64,000 bases of DNA from Octopus sinensis. Taxonomy: Eukaryota. A program made the translations under genes and the position numbers. Within the stretch, counting starts at the first letter, position 1, and the number at the start of each line of letters is the position of its first letter. Positions 1 through 11,489 of the stretch are shown here, piece after piece. The stretch spans positions 155,868,001-155,932,000 of the forward strand of contig NC_042997.1 of NCBI RefSeq assembly GCF_006345805.1, read 5' to 3'. Below the pieces are notes generated by a model. It was not told where the DNA came from. It saw nothing but the letters and a program-made list of their open reading frames with translations, and did not search any database.

Positions 1-610
1 GGATGTATAAAGTAATACGCATTTTTGTTGAATATTGATGATGTAATTTTTTTATTTAAAATAAGTTTCCTGTGTTTCAATAGCTACCATAGCATAATCA
101 TTTGTTTGGTCAATACTATTTATTTTTCTTTCCTGGAAACTTTTTTCTTGAATAGTTTTCTCATTTTCTGACCATTGTTCAAGCAGCAACTTTCTTCTGT
201 TAAATATGAAACTTGTGCAAGAGTAGTTTAGGGTTCTGCATATATAATTAAATAGTGAATTCATCATTTGCTACAATTACCTCTTCCCCATCTCTAAACA
301 TCTCACTCTCTCTCATATAACAGCCCCCTTGATCCTCTTTGTACCACTTATATTCACCACCCCCATACACTGTACCTTGTGGGTATGTCATGAAACATCT
401 CCATCATCAATAACCCTGTCTGTCTCTCTATCTTACTTTCTAACTATCTCTGTTTCCTCTCCTTTTTTTTACCTACTGGAACAGCCAAATATCTCCTCTA
501 CAGTAAGACACCCATCTCTATACCCCCATTATACTTTAACTCCTCAACCGGCACTCTGGAACAAAGTCACCTCCCTCAGCACCACTCTCGTTCCCAGCTG
601 AGGGACCCCA

Positions 611-789
611 CTGGTGCTGGTGCCACATAAAAAACAGCCAGTATACTCTGTAAAGTGGTTGGTGTTAGGAAGAGCATTCTGCCAAAGCACACCATGTAGG
701 CTGGTGTAGTTGTATGGCTTGCCAGCTCCTATCAAATCATCCAACCCATGCCAGCATAGAAAACAGATGTTAGATGGTGATGATGATGA
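611..789 (+). mobile_element. RTE LINE 3' UTR fragment with (TGA)n tail
   Basis: aaagtggttggtgttaggaagagcatt...aacccatgccagcatagaaaacagatgttagatggtgatgatgatg; same module follows the RTE ORF end at 14100-14418. Confidence 0.8.
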
Positions 790-876
790 GTGAATAAACT
801 AAGAATTATATGGATATAGGGCAACAGAAACTCAGAAACCCTGTGCTAAGAGGCAGTTAAAAACTTTGATAACTGT

Positions 877-1257
877 CATCATCATCATTGTTGAACATCC
901 ACTTTTTAGGCTTGCATGAGTGTCAGATGGAATTTGTTGAGGTAGATTTTTCCATAGTCAAATGTTCTCCATCTGTTTCCAAGTAAGGTAATATTTCCCC
1001 ATTGCCAGGCATATTTTGCATGGAGGATTGGAAATAAACAGCATCACTTTTGTAACAGTGACGCTCACTTACAATCATCACAGGATGTCAAGTCAAACAC
1101 CCACATACACAACAATCTTCATCCAGTTTTTGTCTACCAAATTCACTCACAAAGTTTTTGTTGGACTAGGGCTGTGGTAGAAGACACTTGCTCAAGGTGC
1201 TATGCAGCTAGACTAAACCAGCGACCATATGGTTATCAAAAAGCCTTTTAATATATC
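877..1257 (-). mobile_element. Degenerate tRNA-derived SINE, head plus RTE-like tail (tail type B)
   Basis: Head motif ctaccaaattcactcacaaag...gtagaagacacttgctcaaggtg at ~1134-1200; (CAT)n at 877-888 is the minus-strand (TGA)n tail. Confidence 0.7.
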
Positions 1258-1745
1258 AACATTTTAAGTACATCTGAATTGAAGGACAAACTTGGACAAA
1301 AAAAAAAATCTATTTTTAATTGTGGTGGAGAAGGTTGTCACCCACCCCACCTGCCTTTCTTGACTAGAGTTAGTCATTAAGATAATGATTGGTAATTTTC
1401 ACTTAGATTGTAATTTTAATTGAAATCTCTTGGCTTACTACATTAAGTCTATTAATGCCTACTTTACTAATTATTATCAGCTTATATTATAAGACATTTG
1501 AATATGCTTATTCTGTCTATGTAGATACAATTGCCTACAGTTTTACTATTTTTAAAAATTTTATTTTATTTCTATTATTTCTGAGACTGTGATATCTTCT
1601 CACTTCTATATTTTCCTCTTCACACATGATTTCCTTAATAAGAACATCTTTTGCATCAATGGTATACATACATTTTCTGCTTTTAACTTTTCTCTTAATT
1701 GTATTGTTTTCCAAAGTGATAAAAAATATATTTCAGCTATATACC

Positions 1746-2115
1746 TTTTACTTGTTTCAGTCATCAGATAGTGGCCATGCTGGGGCACCGACGTAAAGAA
1801 TCATTAGCCAAATGAATTTACCCCAGTTCCTAATTTTGTTAAGCCTGGTACTTATTCTATCGGCCTCTTTTGCTGACCCACTAAGTTACAGTGACGCAAG
1901 TGCACCGACACTAGTTGCCAAGCGACAGCTGGGGACAAATATACACACACACACAACAGGCTTCTCTCAGTTTGTCAACCAAATTCACTCACAAAGCTTT
2001 GGTTGGTCCAAGGCTATAGTAGAAGACACTTGCCCAAGGTGCTGTGCAGTGGGACTGAACCTGGAACCATGTGGTTGGGAAGCAAGCTCCTTACAGCACA
2101 GCCATGCTTGCACCT
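1746..2115 (-). mobile_element. Full-length tRNA-derived SINE (tail type A)
   Basis: On the minus strand: A-box-like tggctgtgctgt, B-box-like ggttcagtccc, CORE-like ccttgggcaagtgtc, internal (TG)n, then tail gtccccagc...tgactgaaacaagtaaaa; many similar copies in the window. Confidence 0.85.
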
Positions 2116-2444
2116 CTAAAACATGTCAACAGCCAGTATGTTACAAAATTTTAAAGTTTCTCTAAGTTATTATATTCTGAGATATCAGCTCACTTTAGTT
2201 TGCTAAATTTTGACCTGTCTAAATGTTTCTGACATTTCCCTTTATATTGTTTTAGTCACATTTTCCACACATGACCAACAACTCACTTAAATGTAATGTG
2301 ACAGTTTTTGTGATCAACTTTCACACCACAACACTGTTTTTGAATTTCAGATGCTTCTTATTTATATCCCAATTAAAATATTAATATAATACACACATAT
2401 ACAAATAATGGTTATGTTTGTAACTGAAATTCTGCCAATACATA

Positions 2445-2590
2445 TCACAGCCTCCTTTGCTTCCCAACCATATGATTCCAGGTTCAGTCTCACTGCGTGG
2501 CACCTAAGACCAGTGTCTTCTACTATAACCTTAGGCTGACCAAAGCATTGTGAGTCGATTTGGTAGATGGAAGCTGAAAGAAGCCCATCA

Positions 2591-2637
<47 letters not shown>

Positions 2638-2970
2638 GCAAGTGTCTTCTACTATAGCCTCGGGCCGACCAAAGCCTTGTGAGTGGATTTGGTAGATGGA
2701 AACTGAAAGAAGCCCGTTGTATATATGTATATATATGTGTGTGCGTGTATGTATGTGTGTCTGTGTTAGTCCCCCCAGCATTGCTTGACAACCGATGTTG
2801 GTGTGTTTACGTCCCCGTCACTTAGCAGTTCGGCAAAAGAGACCGATAGAATAAGTACTGGGCTTACAAAGAATAAGTCCCGGGGTCGATTTGCTCGACT
2901 AAAGGTGGTGCTCCAGCATGGCCACAGTCAAATGACTGAAACAATTAAAAGAGAGAGTAAAAGAGATATA
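2445..2970 (+). mobile_element. tRNA-derived SINE (tail A) with a second partial head inside its microsatellite
   Basis: Head 2445-2590, (TA)n, partial head starting tgggcaagtgtcttc at 2635, microsatellite, tail 2760-2970. Confidence 0.85.
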
Positions 2971-3034
2971 TATATATATATATATGATGAGCTTCTTTCA
3001 GCTTCCATCTATCAGTCACCATGATAGATTGGTA

Positions 3035-3192
3035 GCCACTACACACATATTTTTTTTCTCTCCTTGTTTCTTTCTGTGAAAGAGCATAGGCTCGAAACGT
3101 AAAGACTTTTTCAATTCCCGAGTGTTATACTAATACATCTGTTTGTTTTCTACACCATCTGTCTTCGTCTTTTGTTTTTTCGTGAATTCTCC

Positions 3193-3195
<3 letters not shown>
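3035..3195 (+). mobile_element. Penelope-like element terminal fragment
   Basis: gagcataggctcgaaacgtaaagactttttc motif, flanked by (TA)n; the cgaaacgt motif is typical of PLE termini (recalled). Confidence 0.5.
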
Positions 3196-3230
<35 letters not shown>

Positions 3231-3239
3231 TATATATAT

Positions 3240-3385
3240 AGTATATGTTTGTGTGTCTGTTTGTCCCCACCACAGTCACTTGGCAACTGATGCTGGTGTG
3301 TTTATGTCCCTGTAACTAAGCGTTCAGCAAAGTGACTGGTAGAATAAGTACTAGGCTTTTAAAACAAATGTCCTGGGTTCAATTT
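3240..3385 (+). mobile_element. SINE tail A fragment
   Basis: gtttgtccccaccac...tagaataagtactaggc matches the tail at 2760-2880. Confidence 0.75.
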
Positions 3386-3720
3386 CATCATCATAATCAT
3401 CCTTTAACGTCCATTTTCCATGGTGGCATGGGTTGGACAGTTTGACTGAGGTCTGGAAAGCCAGCAACTGCACCAAGCTCCAATCTGATCTGGCAAGGTT
3501 TCTACAGCTGGATGCCCTTCCTAATGCCAACCACTTCGAGTGTGTAGTGGGTGCTTTTTATGTGCCACCAGCACAGGAGCCAGTCAGGCGGCCCTGGTAT
3601 CAATTACGTTTGGATAATGGTTTTTACATGCCACTGGCATGAGAGCCAGTCAGGGGGCATTGGCATCAACCACGTTCAGATGGTGCTTTTTATGCACCAC
3701 TGGCATGGGTGCCTGTCAAG
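3386..3720 (-). mobile_element. RTE 3' UTR fragment with internal tandem units
   Basis: catcatcataatcatcctttaacgtccattttccatgg...ggatgcccttcctaatgccaaccacttcgag is the reverse complement of the RTE tail. Confidence 0.8.
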
Positions 3721-4075
3721 GGCAATTTGTTCAACTAAAACCCTTCAAGATGATGCCCCATCATGGCTGCAGTCAAATGACTGAAATGAATAAAAGATAA
3801 GAGATAAGGTAATGTCACAAGAGCGATCAAGTTTTTTAAAACTTCAACATTCAGATTACTGTCAATTGTAATGCTTGTTTAATTACACTGTTTTAGTACC
3901 TCCTCTGTAGCAAGATAATTCTCTCTCTCTCTCTCCCAACTTTCTTGTCCTACTGGTGTAGCCAAGTGTCTCCTCTGAATTAAGACAGCTATCCCTGACC
4001 TTCTATCATACTCCAACATCTTGCCAGGCAGACAGCCATTTGGCGACTCAGTGGGTACTGGTGACACTTAAAAAG

Positions 4076-4293
4076 CACCCTTGCCAGTGCCACATAAAAC
4101 GGTACCTGTGCTGGTGCCACATAAATAACACCCATGCTGGCACCATGTAAAAGCACTCATTACACTCTGTAAAGTGGTTGGTGTTAGAAAGGGCACTCAG
4201 CCATAGAAACCATGCCAAAATACAAGACTGCTAGCTCTAGTCAAACAGTCTAACCTGTACATGTATGGAGAACAGATGTTAAATGATGATGAT
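4076..4293 (+). mobile_element. RTE 3' UTR fragment
   Basis: ~21-bp gtgccacataaaa units, then aaagtggttggtgttagaaagggc...gttaaatgatgatgat. Confidence 0.8.
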
Positions 4294-4329
4294 TTAAATT
4301 TATCTACATTATCTAGTATCTAAGATTTT

Positions 4330-4457
4330 GATGACATGATTGTTAATTTTTAGAATGACATTATATGCCAGGTGTGAGAGGCCAAATCAGGCTGGTTCAA
4401 ACATAAAACAAGAAGAATATTTGGATTGGATATGGTCAGTTTAAATGCTAAAGGGTC
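4330..4457. mobile_element. Partial piggyBac-type MITE
   Basis: Ends aatgctaaaggg; internal sequence matches the reverse complement of 62621-62760. Confidence 0.6.
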
Positions 4458-4708
4458 AAGGTTTAAGGATATATGCTTTTTATCTATTAACACTTTGAAA
4501 TACTAGGTTGTGAATTTAACAAGCTATTTTCTTTTTTCTGTAGTCAAAGTCACAAATGAAGACATATAGAACATTATTGACTGTTCACATGTCACACAAT
4601 TCTATCTATTATGAAGATGAAACCTAGATTACTAAGAGGCAAGGTTAATTTACATGGTATTGATGATGAAGTTCACCAATTATTGTTAGTTATAAATTTA
4701 TATCAGAT

Positions 4709-4885
4709 ATGCGTGTCCATTCTAAAAAGCAAGACAAACATGCAACTAGAAAAGTGAGAAATGAAGAGGAAGTGTTGACAAAAGAACATGCTGAGAGAGA
4801 GAAAAAGAGAGAGAGAGAGAGTGGGATGAGGAGACACTATTTCGAGGATGACCAAATGGAAGTAGATGACATCTCACATGACTGA
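4709..4885 (+). CDS. Possible short ORF or terminal exon MRVHSKKQDKHATRKVRNEEEVLTKEHAEREKKRERESGMRRHYFEDDQMEVDDISHD*
   Basis: 58 open codons after tatcag|, but purine-rich and includes a GA run, so stop-poor by composition; no recognised homology. Confidence 0.15.
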   Translation: MRVHSKKQDKHATRKVRNEEEVLTKEHAEREKKRERESGMRRHYFEDDQMEVDDISHD

Positions 4886-4965
4886 CAAACTGGGGAAAAC
4901 ATGGTTTTGTTTATGTATTACTGATATTTGTTATATCATGTTGGCTATACACATTAGATATATAG

Positions 4966-6606
4966 ATTTAAGATAAGCATCTGTATGGTGGGACGGATAA
5001 AAAAAAAGTAAGGTTGCTCCACATATATATATAATTTGTTTGTTTCTGAGATATTGCTATTGCTGTAATGTTATTTTGAGAGTTATATGATAAGTGTATC
5101 TAAGGGGAAAAAATAAAGGAAATAATCTTGGTTTATTGCTGATCAGTGCGAACAGTGACACTTTAAATCTAGTTGAATACAAGAGGGTATAGCACATTGA
5201 ACACACAATTTGACCTAATGATGCCAACTAACTTCAGTATGAAGGTAACCAAAGCATGAATGAAGATTTTATAAGATAGCAAATTATTCGATGTGACAAA
5301 TGCTTTCAAGGTAAAAAAAAAATTGCAACAGTATCATCATCATCATCATCATCATTTAAGATCTGCTTTCCATGCTGTTAGGCATTAGATGGTTTGACAG
5401 GATCTGGCAAACCACAGGGTTGTGTCACCTTTAATGTTAGCTTGGCATGGTTTCTATGGCTGAATGCCCTTCTTAATGCTAACCACTTTACAATGTGTAC
5501 TGGGTGCTTATTTTGTGTCACTGGCACTAGTGTGATTGCAAAATAACTTGCAAGACAAGAACAGTATGAGTCTTTTCAATATTTTTTGCACCTCTATATT
5601 ACTTTCTACTAAACTTGATGTCAAGATCTGGCATTTTGTTAAAGCTGGAAAATGTTCGAATCCATTTCAAATCACCATTGAATTTCAATATCTGATCTCA
5701 TAACCACCACCTCTATCTTCTTTCTAGCTACTCCCACCCTTATATAATGTAGGGTGGCCATGTGTCTTCTCTTTAGCAAGACACTTGGGCTTGTCTCTTT
5801 ATCATACTTTAGCTTCCCAATACCTGGCATAAAAACCACTGCCTTCATACCCTAAACACATACACATTTGAGAGACCTTTTTCCCGTTCTTGCCTTGCAA
5901 GTTATTTTGCAATCATACTAGTGCCAGTGACACAAAAAAGGCACCCAGTACATATTGTAAAGTGGTTAGCATTAGGAAGGGCATTCAGCCATAGAAACCA
6001 TGTCAAGCTAACATTAAAGGTGACACAACCCTGTGGTTTGCCAGATCTTGTCAAACCATCTAATGCCTGACAACATGGAAAGCAGATCTTAAATGATGAT
6101 GATGATGATGATACAGTTGCAATTTTTTTTACCTTGAAAGCATTTGTCACATCTAATAATTGCTATCTTATAAAATCCTCGTTCATGTTTTGGTTACCTC
6201 CATACTGGAGTTAGTTGGCATCATTAGGTCAAATTGTGTGTTCAATGTGCTATATCCTCTTGTATTCAACTAGATTTAAAGTGTCACTGTTCACACTGAT
6301 CAGCAATAAACCAAGATTATTTCCTTTATTTTTTCCCCTTAGATACACTTATCATATAACTCTCAAAATAACATTACAGCAATAGCAATATCTCAGAAAC
6401 AGACAAATTATATATATGTGAAGCAACCTTATTTTTTTTTTTTCATCAATTCCAACATACAGATGCTTATCTTAAATTAGATATTGAAATTCAGTGGTGA
6501 TTTGAAATGGATACAAACATTTTCCAACTTTAACAAAATGCAAGATCTTGACATCAGGTTTAGTAGAAAGTAATATAGAGATGCAAAGAATATTGAAAAG
6601 ACTCAT
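4966..6606. repeat. Complex inverted duplication: A(4966-5562), rc-B(5566-5693), rc-S(5694-5885), rc-A(5886-6477), B(6479-6606)
   Basis: Read by eye: 4966-5562 is the reverse complement of 5886-6477, and 5566-5693 of 6479-6606, with scattered substitutions and small indels. Confidence 0.95.
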
Positions 6607-6700
6607 CGAAGAGTAGCATGGTTTCTGTTTCGATTCACTGCACTTAAAATGGGAACCTGTCAGTCTTTTGATTCTTGTAAGACATAAGTTATCTAACAAA
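6479..6700 (+). mobile_element. Degenerate non-LTR RT C-terminal fragment (CR1/L2-like)
   Basis: Translates to KWIQTFSNF...DAKNIEKTHRRVAWFL with stops, resembling the CR1 DIxxLExVQRR motif; the upstream part lies inverted at 5566-5885. Confidence 0.4.
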
Positions 6701-7859
6701 TCAGTCTAACCACCAACTCCCCACCCTCAGCGAAAAAAAAAAAAGAAAGGAAAAGTCTTTTGTAATTATCTTTATAGGCATCATATTGAAAAATCAAACT
6801 TCAAGAAAATGTCAGTGAGTGAAATTGTTCCACAATGATATATTTCCTTAATACTGTAAAAAAAAAAAAATCATTGAAAAGAAAAAATTTATTGATTATG
6901 ATTTTCTTAAAAAAACAAAAAGAAAGTTAGAGGCGGAGTGTCAGTGACCTTTGCAGACCCTCCCAGACTAGTGAGATTGATGTGGTTGATCTTTAGTTTA
7001 AAGATCTGTAGGCAGACATCAACTACAAAATAATAATAAATAATAAGAAAGGAAACCGTTGGCAGATATAGTTCTAGGAAGGAAAATGAAGTGTTTAATG
7101 TGAGATCCAATCACAATAAGGATTATTTTTAATGGGTTAGTCAGAAGATAAAGGTATTTTAAAAGGTTTCTAAGTATGGTAGTTGTAGTGAGGGGAAGGC
7201 AGAAGAAAGAACAACATGCAAATTATCCTGAAACTAGAGATTTGGTTTAAATGCTTGCAACTGGGTGAATTCTGCTAAAGTACTCAAAGGTATGATAGTT
7301 AAACTGGGCAATAAAGTCAACCACAGTTACAGCTTCACTCACAGAGCTTGGGTTGACTCAAGGCTACAGTAGAAGACACTTGTCTATGGTACCATGTCAT
7401 GGAACCAAGCTATGTACATGCGGTTGCAAAGAAAACCTCTTTACCACACAGACACAAGGAAGAGAGAGAGAGTGTATTGGCTCAGTTAAGATGCAGCTAG
7501 CTACCTGAGAAGCTGTTGTGATAGTTCTTGTAGCATGTTGGAAAGAAATAGCACATACATTAATGTAGTAAACGAAAAATATTTCTGCATCCTCAAGTAT
7601 ATTAAAAATATTTTAAACTAATGTGGTTGTGGAATGAATCCTCAGAATATATGCTGTGTTCTTGTGAAAATAGCAATTAGCTAAGCAGCATTTATTATGG
7701 ATTAAAAAAATTAACAGAACAGTGGAGTTGAGTGGAACCTAATATCAGTTAACAAAACAAGAAACTGCTTCGATACACATCATTTTGTCAAAAACATGGC
7801 ATAAAATATACCCAGATGTCACTCCACAGCAATACTACATTTTGAGCTAATGAGCCTTG

Positions 7860-8050
7860 ACATAGCTGAAACTGCTAGAAACAGCAACCAAATTAACCTT
7901 ATATTACAACTGTCTTAATAAAAGGAAAACCACATTAGATAATGTAGTCCAGGATACTCCTAAAAAGACAGGGTTGTTATGGCTGGAATGTATTTGGTCA
8001 TAGTTCTGTTCAGTCAGTATTGTCGGGCCTAGGGCTAAACAAAAACAACC
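7860..8050 (+). mobile_element. SINE-like repeat with (AAC)-type tail
   Basis: aaacagcaaccaaatt...cacattagataatgtagtcc...gggctaaacaaaaacaac; related pieces at 26175-26320(-), 47280-47490, 55460-55560 and 63270-63310. Confidence 0.65.
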
Positions 8051-9929
8051 AGTTATGTTTTAACCATAAGTTGGTTTTGGAGTACAGATTATAGTTTTGT
8101 ATTTTATTAACACTTAATCATCATAATGCATATTGTTTGACTGGTGGTTCACATGCGACTTGTTATGAAAAGCTAAGTAAAATGTTTTGATAGGTGTTGT
8201 TTGACAGTATTTGGGCAGATGTAAAAGAAATAGACCTAATCTAAATGAGATAGAAAGCTGGGAATTATAGCAGGGATCAGAAACAAAAACAGATGTTGAC
8301 ACATGCTAACACAAGGAAAATAAAAAAGTGAATCTTTGATAACTGATAAGGATGCTGACAAAATGTTCTTATATATACTAAAAAAAAAAAAAAAAAAAAC
8401 CTATTTGTTTGGGGGTCAACAAATTCAAAACAAATTAGAAACCAAAGTAGCAGCTAGATTACCTATCTATAGCTCAGTTTTACACAAATTACAAAGCAAT
8501 TTGCACACTTTTCCCAGTTACCCATCCATCAATATCACGAGCACAAATACACTACACATTATTCCTTTAACAATTGTAGAAGACTTAAAAAATTTCTTCA
8601 AATATTTAAGAAGCTTTACTTTTTGGATTATAGATATTAACATTGATAATTTAGCCTTAAAGTCTTAGTCTGCTACCATTTGCTATCTAAATATGTTTTA
8701 TTATTGTTGCTAGTTTCTAGAGTACCTAATAAATAGCAACCAATTATACACTGATCCCAAAAGGACGAAAGGCAAAATTGACCATGGTTTCTGCAAAGAG
8801 ACTGAAGAAATGTGGCAAATCATTTTGCCCAGTGGGTTAATGATTCTACTAGCTCACTGCAAGCCATTGGAATCTTTTTGCTTATGAACTCAAACAGTAC
8901 AATGGAAACAAAGAACACATCATGTTGCTATCACTCATGCCAGAGCAGTACTTTGAACATTGTTCCCCGGTTGGGCCTGCACAAACAACCACTTATGGGG
9001 GAGTGGAGTAGAAGGCAGTTAGGAACATGAAAGATTGCAATCCATGCACAGTTGGACTGAAGCCAGAGGGAACACTGATGAAAATTCAAAATGCCTCAGA
9101 TGTGCAAATTGATTGCTGGAACAGAGTGTAGAGGACAAAGACCAATCATGTTGTCTGGTAGTTGGCTTCTCAAAGTTTCTCTCGGGATAGTTGGTGCCAG
9201 TGGGAAAATGATATAGAGTTTCAAGTGGTAAAGAAAATAGCTGAAGGCCTTTGGGATATTGATAGCCTTAATCTACTCTTGGACTCAGAATAGGTGAAAT
9301 AGGTTGCTTCTCTCCCATAATTGCTTAATATTAATTACTATACAATTCAGATTAATGTGTTAAAGAATTAACTCCAAAAAATATCATTAGAATATTTTCT
9401 GTCATTTGTGAATCATTTATATTTTATAGCCATTTTTAAAGTATGTTAGATAGTGTTGCAGAATTACTTCTCTTTATCTTAACTCTTCTACGCAACTAAG
9501 TTACATATTCCTTATGTTCTAAGTTTTCATCTAAAGATTTTCAGTAGCCTACCATAATTCTTGCTACCTTTAATCAATCAGCAATCTAATGAGATTTATT
9601 CAGCCAGTTCTCAACACCAACTTTTATCATATAAACCTGAATCTAAGAGACTTTCATGTTTCTTCATTATATAATTAAATAGATTTTAACTTTTCACTCA
9701 CATTAGTAAATTAGAAAGAATGTTATATAAACTTTCAGATTTTTTCCCCCGATTAACTTCAAATAAAAAGAACTTTGAACTAAAATCTTAATATCATGCA
9801 ATTTGAAAATTAATTAGTTTTCTACATCTAAAACATTACACACAATTTCTTAAGTAGATTCTGAGACATACTCAGGGTCAGTAGACTACCACAATATTCT
9901 TTTGCTATCTTTAATAATTTTTTCTTTTT

Positions 9930-10035
9930 TCAGGCCCTCAAATCTTGGTGGAGTTCTTGAAGTGCTGTGACATATGGTGTCCCTTGGACAGATGAAACAC
10001 AGTGGAACCCATCCTTCTGCAGTCCTGAACACTGC
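9930..10035 (-). CDS. Candidate 3'-terminal exon of an unidentified gene
   Basis: GC-richer island after a ~45-nt pyrimidine tract and aaacag| acceptor. All three frames stay open for about 100 nt (QCSGLQKDGFHCVSSVQGTPYVTALQELHQDLRA*, AVFRTAEGWVPLCFICPRD..., SVQDCRRMGSTVFHLSKGHHMSQHFKNSTKI*), so the frame is unresolved. Confidence 0.4.
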
Positions 10036-10499
10036 CTGTTTCTTCCAGAGAAAAAGATTGAGAAAATGAGAAAGAAAAAGAGAGAAAACTATTGATTCAG
10101 TATTTGATACATAGTTTATTGACCCTCAAAGAACTCAGAACAGAGAACTGTAATGAATACCACAAAGCATTCTAAGTTCTAATAACTCTAACACTGCATT
10201 GCCTCCACCCAATAATTTACATAGTCATGAAACTCGATACTTTTGAGAGGAAAAGAGAAATTAATCTTTTTGATACTAACCTACCCAAAACTACACGTTC
10301 TATGACACAAAATTATTTTCAAGTGGCCTATATTAAAAGTTTCCATCTACATTTCATATTAATTTATGCTCTATTTTACCAAATACCTTGTTACTTTTAA
10401 AATTAAGAGAAACAAAAGCATCATGTTTTAACAGAAATATGGTAACAAGAGGGTTAAAATATGTGTTTCCTCGGAGTAGCAGCTAGTCGATTTAATCTT

Positions 10500-11110
10500 T
10501 TACCTAATTTAATACTACTACCTTACTCTTGAGGCTTTTTGTAGAGCCCACTTTATTGCAAGCATTCAGATCATATCTTTGAGGACATCAAAATCTTTAT
10601 AATCTTCACCCCATCAATAAGCATTACCAATATAAATGAAATGAAAGAGTCCATCCAAATGTCTGAATATACAAATCCATCCAACTTATAGCAACATACT
10701 GACAATGTGAAAATGCTTTTAGAAGACTTCACTCAAATCATTTTAATTCTACCATAATTAATTAATCACAGAATTTATCAGTTCTAATAGCATATTTCTA
10801 CAAACATAGGTTTCTTTTTTAAAGTGGTTTGCCATTGATATCAAGAATTACTCCTACCTTTGTCAAGAATTACTAAATGAACGTCATAAGAAAAGCGCTT
10901 TTATTTGGTTAAATTTTGAATAGAAGCATTTTATTCTGTCTTTAAACTGTATGTGCTCTATATCAAATCTAAACGATAGTCCAATGTTAGTATTTCCTCT
11001 ACCAGTCATCTTGTCAATCAGGTCTTTATGCACTTAACTACCATTCACAGATAATTGAGTATTTTTTCTTGTAAAATTGAATGGATATGATACTTTCGAG
11101 GAAACATTGA
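10500..11110 (-). mobile_element. Highly degenerate non-LTR RT fragment (possibly L1/Tx1-like)
   Basis: TQLSVNGS*...GRGNTNIGLSFRFDIEHIQFKDR and a YDV remnant loosely fit VNG...G.RQG..LS..F..IE and YADD; many stops. Confidence 0.3.
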
Positions 11111-11385
11111 GAATAAAGATTTCTTACACAGGCACAAAACTAATTGCTAAAGTGGAGTTGTATAACTAATATAATTAATACTATTATACTGATGTACTTA
11201 TTTTTTTTTACGTGTACAGTGTGCAGACAATCAATCCTGAAAGAATTTGACAGAACTTGAGGTCTGGATGCTATGGTCAGATCAAAACTTTGGCTCATTG
11301 TTTATCTTTCCTCAATATGTCAAGAGCTTTGATTAACTGAAGTATTTTTTGCTTAGAAATTACTTTGCCAGTTTTAAATTAAGTT

Positions 11386-11413
<28 letters not shown>

Positions 11414-11420
<7 letters not shown>

Positions 11421-11489
11421 TCGCCATACTAATATGGCATTCTTATAAAAATAAGAATAAGAATGCCATATTAGTATGGCGATAACTAT
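11414..11489. repeat. Perfect 33-bp inverted repeat with 10-nt loop
   Basis: atagttatcgccatactaatatggcattcttat (11414-11446) versus ataagaatgccatattagtatggcgataactat (11457-11489). Confidence 0.97.

Noticed and set aside
52-267. 71-aa minus-strand ORF and a similar open frame at ~1540-1730
   Set aside because: Purine-rich minus strand is naturally stop-poor; no recognisable homology and weak splice context.
2445-2520. tRNA genes (also other SINE heads, e.g. 53416)
   Set aside because: A/B-box-like motifs lack a full cloverleaf and continue into SINE bodies.
9934-10060. Plus-strand exon after the strong acceptor ttttctttttcag
   Set aside because: All three plus frames stop within about 20 codons and no donor follows.
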